28,171 nucleotides of DNA from an uncultured bacterium (GTDB taxonomy: Bacteria > Hydrogenedentota > Hydrogenedentia > Hydrogenedentales > JAEUWI01): NCBI GenBank assembly GCA_963977445.1, contig CAXBPH010000069.1:1-28171 (forward strand), in the 5' to 3' direction. Numbering within the stretch: the first letter of the stretch is position 1; each line of letters starts with the position of its first letter. The position numbers and the translations under genes are program-made. The notes beneath the pieces were generated by a model, which was not told the origin of the DNA, did no database searches, and saw only the letters and a list, made by a program, of their open reading frames with translations. Below are positions 7,558 through 15,762 of the stretch, piece after piece.

Positions 7558-9096
7558 ATGGGACAATTAGCAAACATCCACGGCATAGGGGGTTGGGCAT
7601 TCCTGCGTGGCACAAAGGGTACGCCAACGTCTAAAGCCCGTTGTGACGACTTTCGACCACGCGAAAGTCGAACAGCAGATCCCATTGAATACGGGGTGCG
7701 CCATCAAAAACTACACGTGCGCTTCGATACCCGGCGTGCGCCTTTTGTCAGGCAGGAATGGCCAGCCCCCTGTGCTGTTCCGCCTCGACGATTTTGTGAA
7801 TGGTCACGGATAATCCTGTGCCCGCTGGTTGTCGTTTTCATGGCGGTGTCGGGCTGCAATCCTGCAGCGCCATCATCGGACGGCTTCGAACCCATCAACG
7901 AGACCCAGGTCGTCTTCTGGGATCGACAGACCACGGAGACCGCGAAACTCCTGGAAAAAATAACAGCGGAATTCAATGCATCCAACGACGGGATGGCGGT
8001 CGCCATTGAGACCACGGGGAACTACGGCGAGATTTATCGCAAGGTCATGGCCAGCATCCAGGCCCGACGTCTGCCTGCCATGGCCGTCTCTTATGAAAGT
8101 ATGACGGCCCAATATGCGGCCTCCGGCGCGGTCGTGGGGCTTGATGCCCTCGTGGCAGATCCGGAGCGGGGGATTTCATCGGCTGATCTGGAGGATTTCT
8201 TTCCGGCGGTGCTGGGGAGCAATTACTACGCCGACTATGATGGGCAGCTACTCTCTTTTCCCTTTTCCAAGAGCGTCCTCATGCTCTACGCAAACCATCG
8301 GGTTCTGAAGGAGGCAGGCATTGACGGGCCGCCCAAGACCTGGGACGAGTTTCTCGAGCAGTGCCGGAGTATTAAGGCGAAGACAGGAAAGTTTGCCTAT
8401 GCTATTTCCGTGGATTGCTCCACCATCAGCGGCATGATTTTCAGTATGGGCGGTGAGCTAATCGTCGACGGACAATTTCAATACGACCAACCTGCTGCCA
8501 TCCAGGCCTTTACCTTGTTGGAAACCTTGATCAACGAAGACCTGGCGTATCAGATTCAGGCCCGAACCTACGACGACGAAGTGGCTTTCGCCCGGGATGA
8601 TGTGGCCTTTACGACGCGGACCAGTGCGGGCAGTGCCAATATGGCCCTGGCCATGGGGGGGAAGAATGATAGCTGGTCCTTGAACCCCATCCCCCAGTCC
8701 GACCCGGCACACCCTGCGACCATATTGTTTGGCCCCAACATCACCCTCTTTACGACGGGGGCGGCGCAGGAACAGGTGGCCTGGGATTTTGTTCGTCACT
8801 TCACCTCGACGCCTGTCATGACGGAATGGGTGCTGGCGACGGGCTACCTGCCTATACGGAAGTCGGTGGCGAACGATGGGCGCATCCAGGCCTATTGGGC
8901 GGCCTGGCCCTCAAATCGGGCACCCTACGACTGCCTGGAGACGGCACGGACCGAGCCTAACTTGCTCCGGTGGCAGGAGATACGAAGTTCTGTCGAGCGG
9001 GCGGAAAGCGCCGTGTTGGCAAAGCTCAAGACCGGAAAAGAAGCCGCCCTGGAATTGCAGCAAGAAGCGCAAGGTCTGCTCGATCGGACGAAGTAA
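7558..9096 (+). CDS. ABC transporter extracellular solute-binding lipoprotein (family 1, UgpB-like) with anomalous N-terminal extension
   Basis: Lipobox VSG-C at codon 100, and SBP motifs PKTWDEF, AWDFVRH, TGYLPIRKS. The ATG at 7558 has an AAGGAG SD, but the true start is uncertain because of the palindromic insert. Confidence 0.88.
   Translation: MGQLANIHGIGGWAFLRGTKGTPTSKARCDDFRPRESRTADPIEYGVRHQKLHVRFDTRRAPFVRQEWPAPCAVPPRRFCEWSRIILCPLVVVFMAVSGCNPAAPSSDGFEPINETQVVFWDRQTTETAKLLEKITAEFNASNDGMAVAIETTGNYGEIYRKVMASIQARRLPAMAVSYESMTAQYAASGAVVGLDALVADPERGISSADLEDFFPAVLGSNYYADYDGQLLSFPFSKSVLMLYANHRVLKEAGIDGPPKTWDEFLEQCRSIKAKTGKFAYAISVDCSTISGMIFSMGGELIVDGQFQYDQPAAIQAFTLLETLINEDLAYQIQARTYDDEVAFARDDVAFTTRTSAGSANMALAMGGKNDSWSLNPIPQSDPAHPATILFGPNITLFTTGAAQEQVAWDFVRHFTSTPVMTEWVLATGYLPIRKSVANDGRIQAYWAAWPSNRAPYDCLETARTEPNLLRWQEIRSSVERAESAVLAKLKTGKEAALELQQEAQGLLDRTK
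7579..7779. repeat. 201-nt palindromic element (MITE/RPE-like) with ~47-bp imperfect terminal inverted repeats
   Basis: 7579-7625 aligns without gaps to the reverse complement of 7733-7779 (36/47 identical by manual count; 5 of the differences are G-U compatible). There is an internal hairpin at 7647-7670. Confidence 0.75.
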
Positions 9097-9140
9097 GACG
9101 GTTTGGTCTTTCTCTTGCCCGGTTCGGGCAAGGTCAGCGA

Positions 9141-9365
9141 CTACAGGTGACCGTCGTGCTCTTCGGCGAAATCTTCGAGCGCCTCTTTGATGTGCTGCTT
9201 GTGATCCATCTCGTACAGTTCACGATCCGCTTTGCGCCGAAATTGCTTGCGCTGCTCATGATCATAGGGAAACGCATTGGGACTGCGCCGACCGTTTGTC
9301 GTCCGCCGATCCTTTTGCCAGTCCCCATTTTTATCTTTGTAATACCCCGGACGATGTTCAGACAT
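9141..9365 (-). CDS. Small highly charged hypothetical protein (74 aa)
   Basis: Protein-like composition (GYYKDKNGDWQKDRR...RR...FRRKADRE), fills the gap between convergent and divergent neighbours, and has its own sigma-70-like promoter. Confidence 0.75.
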   Translation of the reverse strand: MSEHRPGYYKDKNGDWQKDRRTTNGRRSPNAFPYDHEQRKQFRRKADRELYEMDHKQHIKEALEDFAEEHDGHL

Positions 9366-9416
9366 ATGAGCTCGTTTTCCCGTTGAAAAGTACAGTTACT
9401 TGGAACGTGTGAACCT

Positions 9417-9446
9417 AGTATAGGCTCCACGGTGAATGTAGTTCAA
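9417..9446 (-). promoter_or_regulatory. Putative sigma-70 promoter for the 74-aa gene
   Basis: Minus strand reads TTGAAC-N18-TATACT. Confidence 0.5.
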
Positions 9447-9585
9447 TTCACGGGCTCGCACTGAATTGGCAGGGCCTGCTAAACTAGGGCGAACGAAAAC
9501 GGGCGGAGAATTTCTGCCCGACCGCCGTGTCGTTTTCCTTCTCAATAGATACCTCGATTGACCAGCCCGGGAGTTGCTGTTTCAC

Positions 9586-10197
9586 ATGTCAGAAGAATCC
9601 AAGTCCACCAATATTACCTGGCACCAGAGCGGGGTGCTCCCCGAAGAGCGGGCCACGCTAATGGGGCACGGCCGTGCATTATTGTGGTTTACGGGCCTGT
9701 CCGGTTCGGGGAAGTCGACCCTCGCCAACGGGGTTGCCCGTGCGCTCCACGAACGAGGTGTCCATACGTATGTGCTCGACGGCGACAACGTGCGCCACGG
9801 TCTTAACAAGGACTTGACCTTTTCACCCACGGATCGGGTGGAGAATATCCGGCGTATCGGTGAAGTATCACGGCTTTTCTCAGATGCAGGCCTGGTGACG
9901 ATGACCGCGTTTATCTCGCCTTATCGGGATGATCGGGCACAGGCCCGCGAAATTATTGGCGATGCCTTCATCGAGGTACATGTAGACTGTGACGTTGCGG
10001 TCTGTGAAGCCCGTGATCCCAAGGGGCTCTATAAGAAGGCGCGGGCGGGAGAAATTGGCGACTTTACCGGCATATCCGCGCCCTATGAAGCACCGGAGAA
10101 TCCTGAGTTGCGCATCGACACGTCGGCGGAACCTCTCGAAGATTGCGTGGCCCGTGTGGTGGAATATCTTGTGTCCCGTGACTTGATCAAAGGGTGA
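9586..10197 (+). CDS. cysC: Adenylyl-sulfate (APS) kinase
   Basis: NITWH, LWFTGLSGSGKST, LDGDNVRHGL, RVENIRRIGEV, RDPKGLYKKARAGEI and FTGISAPYEAP. Confidence 0.97.
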   Translation: MSEESKSTNITWHQSGVLPEERATLMGHGRALLWFTGLSGSGKSTLANGVARALHERGVHTYVLDGDNVRHGLNKDLTFSPTDRVENIRRIGEVSRLFSDAGLVTMTAFISPYRDDRAQAREIIGDAFIEVHVDCDVAVCEARDPKGLYKKARAGEIGDFTGISAPYEAPENPELRIDTSAEPLEDCVARVVEYLVSRDLIKG

Positions 10198-10290
10198 CCA
10201 GATGGACGTCGGGGACGTCCGGATAAGGCCGCTGACCACGACGGTTCTTGTAGTTCCTAGTCACATTGAACGGAAAGAAGCTGGTTTTCC

Positions 10291-11535
10291 ATGAACGACT
10301 GGTCTCCCGCCGAACGGCGCATGCGGTTTCGTTTTTCCCTCTACGGCTTCCTGAAGAACCAACGTTACTTTGAGCCCTTCTGGATTCTTGCCTTTCTCGA
10401 AAAGGATTTGGGTTTTTTCGAGATAGGATTGCTCGTCGGCTTCCGAAGTCTGTGCATCAACCTTCTGGAAGTGCCTTCGGGCGCACTGGCGGATAGCTAT
10501 GGTCGGCGGGCGACTATGGTGGCCTCTTTTTCCGCCTATATCGTGGCGTTCAGTCTCTTTGCCTATGCCGATACGCTATTGGGGCTGTTTCCCGGCATGT
10601 TTTTCATGGCCATTGGGGAAGCCTTTCGCTCCGGTACCCACAAAGCGATGATTTTCGACTGGCTCCGGTCGGTGGGCCGTGAATCAGAGCGGGTTCAGGT
10701 TTATGGCTATACCCGCAGTTGGTCCAAGATGGGATCGGCCCTCTCGGCATTGCTGGCTGCCGCACTGGTCTTCGTGTTGAAGGATTACAGTGTCGTCTTC
10801 TGGCTGAGTGCCCTGCCCTGTGTACTCAATATTTTTAATTTCCTTTCCTATCCCCAAAGCGTGGAAGGAGAGCCCGGGAAGAAACAATCCGGCGGTGTGG
10901 CATCCCTGTTGTGGAAGGCCGCGCAGGTGGCCTGGCGTGATCGGCGTCAGCGTCGGCTCTTGATAGAGTCCATGGGATTCGAGGGGATATTCACGGCGGG
11001 AAAAGATTATCTCCAGCCCCTGGTACAGCAGACGGCGCTGGCCTTGCCCGTGCTGCTGGCGCTGGCGGACGCGCAGCGAACCGCCCTGTTTGCCGGTGTG
11101 GTCTATTCGCTCCTCTTCTTCTTTTCGGGGATCGCCTCGCGCCATGCGCATAGTGTGGTGGCATGGAAGAAGAATGAGGAAGAGGCGTCGCGCTTCTTAT
11201 GGATAATCGTGTTGTGCTGCTATGCCATTTTACTGCCGAGTCTCTATGCTGGGTGGGGCGGGGTGTCCATCGCGGCATTCGTGGGCATCTACCTGGTTCA
11301 GAATCTGTGGCGTCCCGCTCTGGTGAGCCGCCTTAACGAAGCATCTGACCCGGCGCTGTCGGCGACGACCTTGTCTATAGAATCGCAGGCGCGGTCGGTG
11401 ACCACGTTACTTGTAGCGCCGCTGTTGGGCTGGTCGGTCGATGCCTGGGGGCTCTGGCCGGTGGGCGCGCTCGGCGTCGTGGTGTCCTTTGCTGCCCTGT
11501 GGATACGCAGGAAGGATAGGGTGGTATCACACTAA
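10291..11535 (+). CDS. MFS transporter
   Basis: About 12 hydrophobic segments, motif A variant EVPSGALADSYGRR, and GEAFRSGT. Confidence 0.9.
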   Translation: MNDWSPAERRMRFRFSLYGFLKNQRYFEPFWILAFLEKDLGFFEIGLLVGFRSLCINLLEVPSGALADSYGRRATMVASFSAYIVAFSLFAYADTLLGLFPGMFFMAIGEAFRSGTHKAMIFDWLRSVGRESERVQVYGYTRSWSKMGSALSALLAAALVFVLKDYSVVFWLSALPCVLNIFNFLSYPQSVEGEPGKKQSGGVASLLWKAAQVAWRDRRQRRLLIESMGFEGIFTAGKDYLQPLVQQTALALPVLLALADAQRTALFAGVVYSLLFFFSGIASRHAHSVVAWKKNEEEASRFLWIIVLCCYAILLPSLYAGWGGVSIAAFVGIYLVQNLWRPALVSRLNEASDPALSATTLSIESQARSVTTLLVAPLLGWSVDAWGLWPVGALGVVVSFAALWIRRKDRVVSH

Positions 11536-11567
11536 CGATAAAATAGCACAGGGGTAGGACGGTTGCG

Positions 11568-11596
11568 TTGACATGAAGAGGCGGCCTATTTATACT
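11568..11596 (+). promoter_or_regulatory. Sigma-70 promoter for the HNH gene
   Basis: TTGACA-N17-TATACT, near-consensus, about 40 nt before the ATG at 11638. Confidence 0.8.
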
Positions 11597-11637
11597 GTTG
11601 CGAGCGTGACAGGCCGATCCAATCTGGAGACGGTTTA

Positions 11638-12243
11638 ATGTTGGATGCACATGTACTTGTCCTTAACAAGTCGTGGATCGCCATCAATGTGGCGAATGCC
11701 CGTCGGGCACTTGCGTTGTTGTATCAAGGTCATGCGCGTGTCGTGTGTCCCGAAGACTACACGATCCTCGATTTTGACGCGTGGTGTACCTATTCACGGA
11801 AGGCTTCATTGAAGAATGAAGACGTGCCCGTGGTGCGTACCCCGACCCAATCCATTGTGATTCCCGAAGTGATTCTGCTATCCGGGTTCAATGGGTTCGT
11901 CCGCCATGAGATTCGCTTTTCCCGGAGTAATATTTTTACCCGAGATAAGCATCAGTGCCAGTATTGTGGCAAGGTGCCGGACAAGAGTGATCTGACCCTG
12001 GATCACATCATGCCCCGGTCCCGTGGTGGCGGAGACTCCTGGGAGAATCTCGTTCTCGCATGCGCCCGGTGCAATGTGAAGAAAAGCAATCGCACCCCCG
12101 AAGAGGCCAACATGCACCTGTTGAAGCAGCCGACGGCACCCCGGTGGTTGCCCCGCTTTGGCCTGTCGGTCCGCAAGCAGGAAATGCATAGCTGGCAGCG
12201 TTTTGTCGACACCTCCTGCTGGGTGACGGATATGGCGAAGTAG
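11638..12243 (+). CDS. HNH endonuclease (McrA-like, Zn-binding)
   Basis: N-terminal VLVLN, then RDKHQCQYCG, LTLDHIMPRSRGG, WENLVLACARCNVKK and TPEEA. Confidence 0.93.
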   Translation: MLDAHVLVLNKSWIAINVANARRALALLYQGHARVVCPEDYTILDFDAWCTYSRKASLKNEDVPVVRTPTQSIVIPEVILLSGFNGFVRHEIRFSRSNIFTRDKHQCQYCGKVPDKSDLTLDHIMPRSRGGGDSWENLVLACARCNVKKSNRTPEEANMHLLKQPTAPRWLPRFGLSVRKQEMHSWQRFVDTSCWVTDMAK

Positions 12244-12431
12244 GGTTCTGGGGTTCTGGGTACAGTTACCGATTGGTTGACGGCCCGATTCCAGTACCTT
12301 GCGACGTGTTGCAATCGGAAACTGTCCCCGTGTTGGCTTGTTCGGGGGCCTTTCTATGGCACCCACCCCCATGGCTGCTTTATACTGGGGGTAGGAAATC
12401 TCTGCCCCCCTTCATTACGCGACAGGCTCTC

Positions 12432-14906
12432 ATGCACCCCGAAACAACCCGCCAACGCCCTTGCTACATAGACGTGGTCCTTCCCATTCCGGTGGATCGG
12501 TGCTTCAGCTATGAAGTGCCGCCTTCCCTGGTGGATCGTGTTGCCGTGGGGATGCGGGCGGTGGTGCCCATGGCCCGGCGCGTAGACACAGGGTTTATCG
12601 TGGCGGTGAATACGACACCAGCGGTGGAGAAGGTCAAGATGATAATTGATCTTCCCGACGAAATGCCGGTGTTTACGGGGGAAATGCTGCACCTGTGCCG
12701 TTGGATTGCGGATTATTATTGCTGCTCCTGGGGGGAGGCCCTTCAGTGCGCCGTGCCCACGGGACTCAAGATCGGCACGAAAATGCGCTATACCCTGCAG
12801 CCGGATATGATCCAGGCGGGGCGCTTCACCGACCGGCAGCGACAGGTCATTGCGGCCCTCTATAACCGTGGGGCCCTTACGGAAGGGCAGATAGCGACGG
12901 TGGCGGGTCGGCGTGCCCTGAGCAATACCCTGCAGGCCCTGGTTCGCCGGGGGATTGTACGGGCGGAGCCGGTGATGCAGGATGCCGGTATCTCGATTCG
13001 GACAGAGACCTATGTGTCGTTGTGTACCGAGGCCCTCCTCGATACCGAAGGGGTGGCGCAATTACAACGCCGTGCCCCGAAGCAGGCTGCCGTCTACCTC
13101 GAACTGCTCCACGGCGGCGAGGCCTTGGCCGCTTCGGCGTTGAAGCAAAAACATGGCACGTCCATGACCATTATCAATGGGCTGGTGGAGAAAGGACTGT
13201 TGGCCCTGGAACAACGGGAGTTTTACCGCGCCCCCGACACGGGCAGCAGCGGCCAGGCCGCGGAAAACTATCCCCTCAATGACGAGCAGCAGGCCGCTTT
13301 TGGTACGATCATGGAGGCGATACAAGGGCGGAGCTTTAAGACCTTCCTGCTGCGCGGCATTACGGGCTCCGGCAAGACGGAAGTCTATCTGCAGGTTATT
13401 GAGCAGGTCCTTGCCCTCGGGCTGGATGCCATCATTCTGGTGCCGGAGATTTCACTGACGCCCCAGACGGTGGGTCGCTTTGTTGCCCGTTTTGCCACCA
13501 ATATTGCGGTATTGCACAGCGGGCTCAGTCTTGGTGAGCGCTACGATGAATGGCGTCGGGCACAGCGGGGGGAGGTTCGCATTGTGGTGGGTGCCCGCTC
13601 GGCCATTTTTGCACCCCTGCCCAATCTTGGTATTGTCATCGTGGACGAAGAGCACGACACCTCCTACAAGCAGAGCGAAACGCCCCGCTACCATGCCCGC
13701 GACGTGGCCATCATGCGTGCCCGTAACAGTAACGCCGTGTGCGTGTTGGGTTCCGCGACCCCTTCCATCGAATCCTACTACAACTCGGAAATCGGGAAAT
13801 CCCATCGCCTCGACTTGTCACAACGGGCTACCCGGGGGGCCTTACCGAGTGTGCGGATTCTCGATATGCGTGACGAAGGGAAGGATGCGGCCGGCAAGAT
13901 CATCCTATCCCGCACCTTGGAGGAGGCGGTCAATAAGAAGGTGGAAGCGGGCGAGCAGGTCATCCTCCTGTTGAACCGTCGTGGCTTTTCTCCCTTTGTG
14001 ATTTGTCCCCAGTGCGGTTGGGTGGCCGAATGTGAGAACTGCAACGTAAGTCTTACGTACCATGCCAGTGGCTCCCATCTTCGCTGCCATTATTGTGACG
14101 AACGTCGGCCCAAGCCCGAGATTTGTGACAAATGCTATTTTAATCCCCTGATTTACCTGGGCATGGGCACCCAGAAAGTGGAAGATTACCTCATGCGATC
14201 CTTTCCCAAGGCCCGTGTGGCCCGGATGGATGCGGACACCACCTCGGGCAAGGGGGGGCACGCCAAAATTCTCGGTCGCTTCGCCAATCGCGAAATTGAT
14301 GTGCTCATCGGCACCCAGATGCTGGCCAAGGGCCATGATTTTCCCGGGGTGACCCTCGTGGGCGTGGTGAATGCCGATACCGGACTGACCCTGCCCGATT
14401 TTCGTGCGGCGGAACAGGGTTTTCAACTGCTGACCCAGGTGGCGGGCCGTGCCGGTCGCGGTGAGCTGGCGGGCGAGGTGATTATTCAAACCTTTCGGCC
14501 CAAACACTATGCCATCGTCGCGGCGGCATCCCATGATTACCCATCGTTCTATGAACAGGAGATTGCCCACCGTGAAAGTGCCCTCTATCCCCCCTTTCGG
14601 CGCATGGTCAATTTTTCCCTCGAGAGTATGGATGATGAAGTGGCAGAACGGGGGATGTTACGACTACATCGGATCATTCGGGATGCCCTGCGGGAAGAAA
14701 CCTTCCAGGGCATGGAACTCATGGGGCCCGCGCCGGCGGCCATCAAACGGGTCAACAAGTACTACCGTTGGAATCTCGGCGTACTGTCGAAAAGCCCGAA
14801 AAAGCTCAATGATCTGACCCGACACGCCCGGGAAGTCTTTCTGGCGAACCATGGGGTCAAGGGTTTGCAGCTTAAGGTGGACCTCGATCCCTATGGTATT
14901 TATTGA
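12432..14906 (+). CDS. priA: Primosomal protein N' (replication restart helicase)
   Basis: GITGSGKTEVY, LVPEISLTPQ, VDEEHDTSYKQ, LGSATPS, LNRRGF, four CxxC pairs, GTQMLAKGHDFP, QVAGRAGR and terminal DLDP. Start taken at the ATG at 12432. Confidence 0.98.
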   Translation: MHPETTRQRPCYIDVVLPIPVDRCFSYEVPPSLVDRVAVGMRAVVPMARRVDTGFIVAVNTTPAVEKVKMIIDLPDEMPVFTGEMLHLCRWIADYYCCSWGEALQCAVPTGLKIGTKMRYTLQPDMIQAGRFTDRQRQVIAALYNRGALTEGQIATVAGRRALSNTLQALVRRGIVRAEPVMQDAGISIRTETYVSLCTEALLDTEGVAQLQRRAPKQAAVYLELLHGGEALAASALKQKHGTSMTIINGLVEKGLLALEQREFYRAPDTGSSGQAAENYPLNDEQQAAFGTIMEAIQGRSFKTFLLRGITGSGKTEVYLQVIEQVLALGLDAIILVPEISLTPQTVGRFVARFATNIAVLHSGLSLGERYDEWRRAQRGEVRIVVGARSAIFAPLPNLGIVIVDEEHDTSYKQSETPRYHARDVAIMRARNSNAVCVLGSATPSIESYYNSEIGKSHRLDLSQRATRGALPSVRILDMRDEGKDAAGKIILSRTLEEAVNKKVEAGEQVILLLNRRGFSPFVICPQCGWVAECENCNVSLTYHASGSHLRCHYCDERRPKPEICDKCYFNPLIYLGMGTQKVEDYLMRSFPKARVARMDADTTSGKGGHAKILGRFANREIDVLIGTQMLAKGHDFPGVTLVGVVNADTGLTLPDFRAAEQGFQLLTQVAGRAGRGELAGEVIIQTFRPKHYAIVAAASHDYPSFYEQEIAHRESALYPPFRRMVNFSLESMDDEVAERGMLRLHRIIRDALREETFQGMELMGPAPAAIKRVNKYYRWNLGVLSKSPKKLNDLTRHAREVFLANHGVKGLQLKVDLDPYGIY

Positions 14907-15023
14907 TCTCCCCAAATGTCCCTGCCGCAGCAAGTTGGATTCCGTGTATCGACGTGATAGGATCAACGATCTGGAATTAAGTGACTATTCCGTTGTTCAA
15001 CAACCAAAAGAAGGATGTCAGGG

Positions 15024-15557
15024 ATGAAAAAAGGATTAATTGGGATACTGAGTTTGATGTTGGTTGCCACGCTGACCGGTTGTAGCGGTGGTGCGCCCGT
15101 TGCGGACGGCGATGATGCCGACGCGAAAAAGATGGAAGCCCCCGCCGTTGACGCTGCCGCAGAAGGTAGTGGTACGGTAGCGGAAGAAGCGGCCGAAGAA
15201 GCGACTGAAGCAGCTGCAGAAGCCGTCGTTGAGACGGTAGCCGAAGCCGCTGAAGCGGCCGAATCCGCAGAAGAGATGAAAGAAGAAGCCACGACCGAAG
15301 CGGCTGAAGATGCTGCGGTAGTGGATGGTCTCGTGGGCACGAAGTGGACCCACAAGGGCATTGAATTGACTTTCAAAGAAGGCAATAAAGTGCATTTGAA
15401 GGGTGGTCCAGTGGCTGCGCTGTCTCCTGACGGTGTGGAAGCGGATTATACCCTCGAAGGCGACAAAATCGAAGTTTCCGTCATGGGTGAGTCGCACAGC
15501 GGAACCTTCACGGATGGCAAGCTTGTCGTTGATGGCGAAGAAGCCAAAATGCAGTAA
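15024..15557 (+). CDS. Lipoprotein with Ala/Glu-rich linker and small C-terminal beta-rich domain
   Basis: MKK n-region, lipobox LTG-C, a low-complexity AEEAAEEA region, then LVGTKW...LTFKEGNKV. AAGGA SD. Confidence 0.85.
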   Translation: MKKGLIGILSLMLVATLTGCSGGAPVADGDDADAKKMEAPAVDAAAEGSGTVAEEAAEEATEAAAEAVVETVAEAAEAAESAEEMKEEATTEAAEDAAVVDGLVGTKWTHKGIELTFKEGNKVHLKGGPVAALSPDGVEADYTLEGDKIEVSVMGESHSGTFTDGKLVVDGEEAKMQ

Positions 15558-15578
15558 ATAAGTTCAAGACAGGTTTCC

Positions 15579-15605
15579 GGCGACTTTCCCTTGGGGAAAG
15601 TCGCC
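15579..15605 (+). terminator. Hairpin terminator after the lipoprotein gene
   Basis: GGCGACTTTCCC / GGGAAAGTCGCC 12-bp perfect stem, with a weak U tail. Confidence 0.65.
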
Positions 15606-15762
15606 CGATTTGTGATCACGGATGGGGTGACGGGCGCCGGAGACTTCCTATCGGAATGCGGACAGCCGTATAATACGCGCTATTTCCTGGCGGGTTGTCG
15701 GGAACCCGGTTGAGGAATCTGACACGAGGTTTGCAAACTGCTACCCATATCCCTCGTATCTA

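Noticed and set aside
7608..7623. TGGCACA half-site, and a similar one on the minus strand upstream of ilvA
   Set aside because: No GC at the -12 position.
7579..7779. Retron msr-msd or intron interpretation of the palindromic element
   Set aside because: No reverse transcriptase or maturase in the window, and no recognisable intron or retron motifs.
15170..15320. Short degenerate tandem repeats as a possible CRISPR or VNTR
   Set aside because: They are codon-level repeats of an Ala/Glu linker, with no constant repeat-spacer structure.
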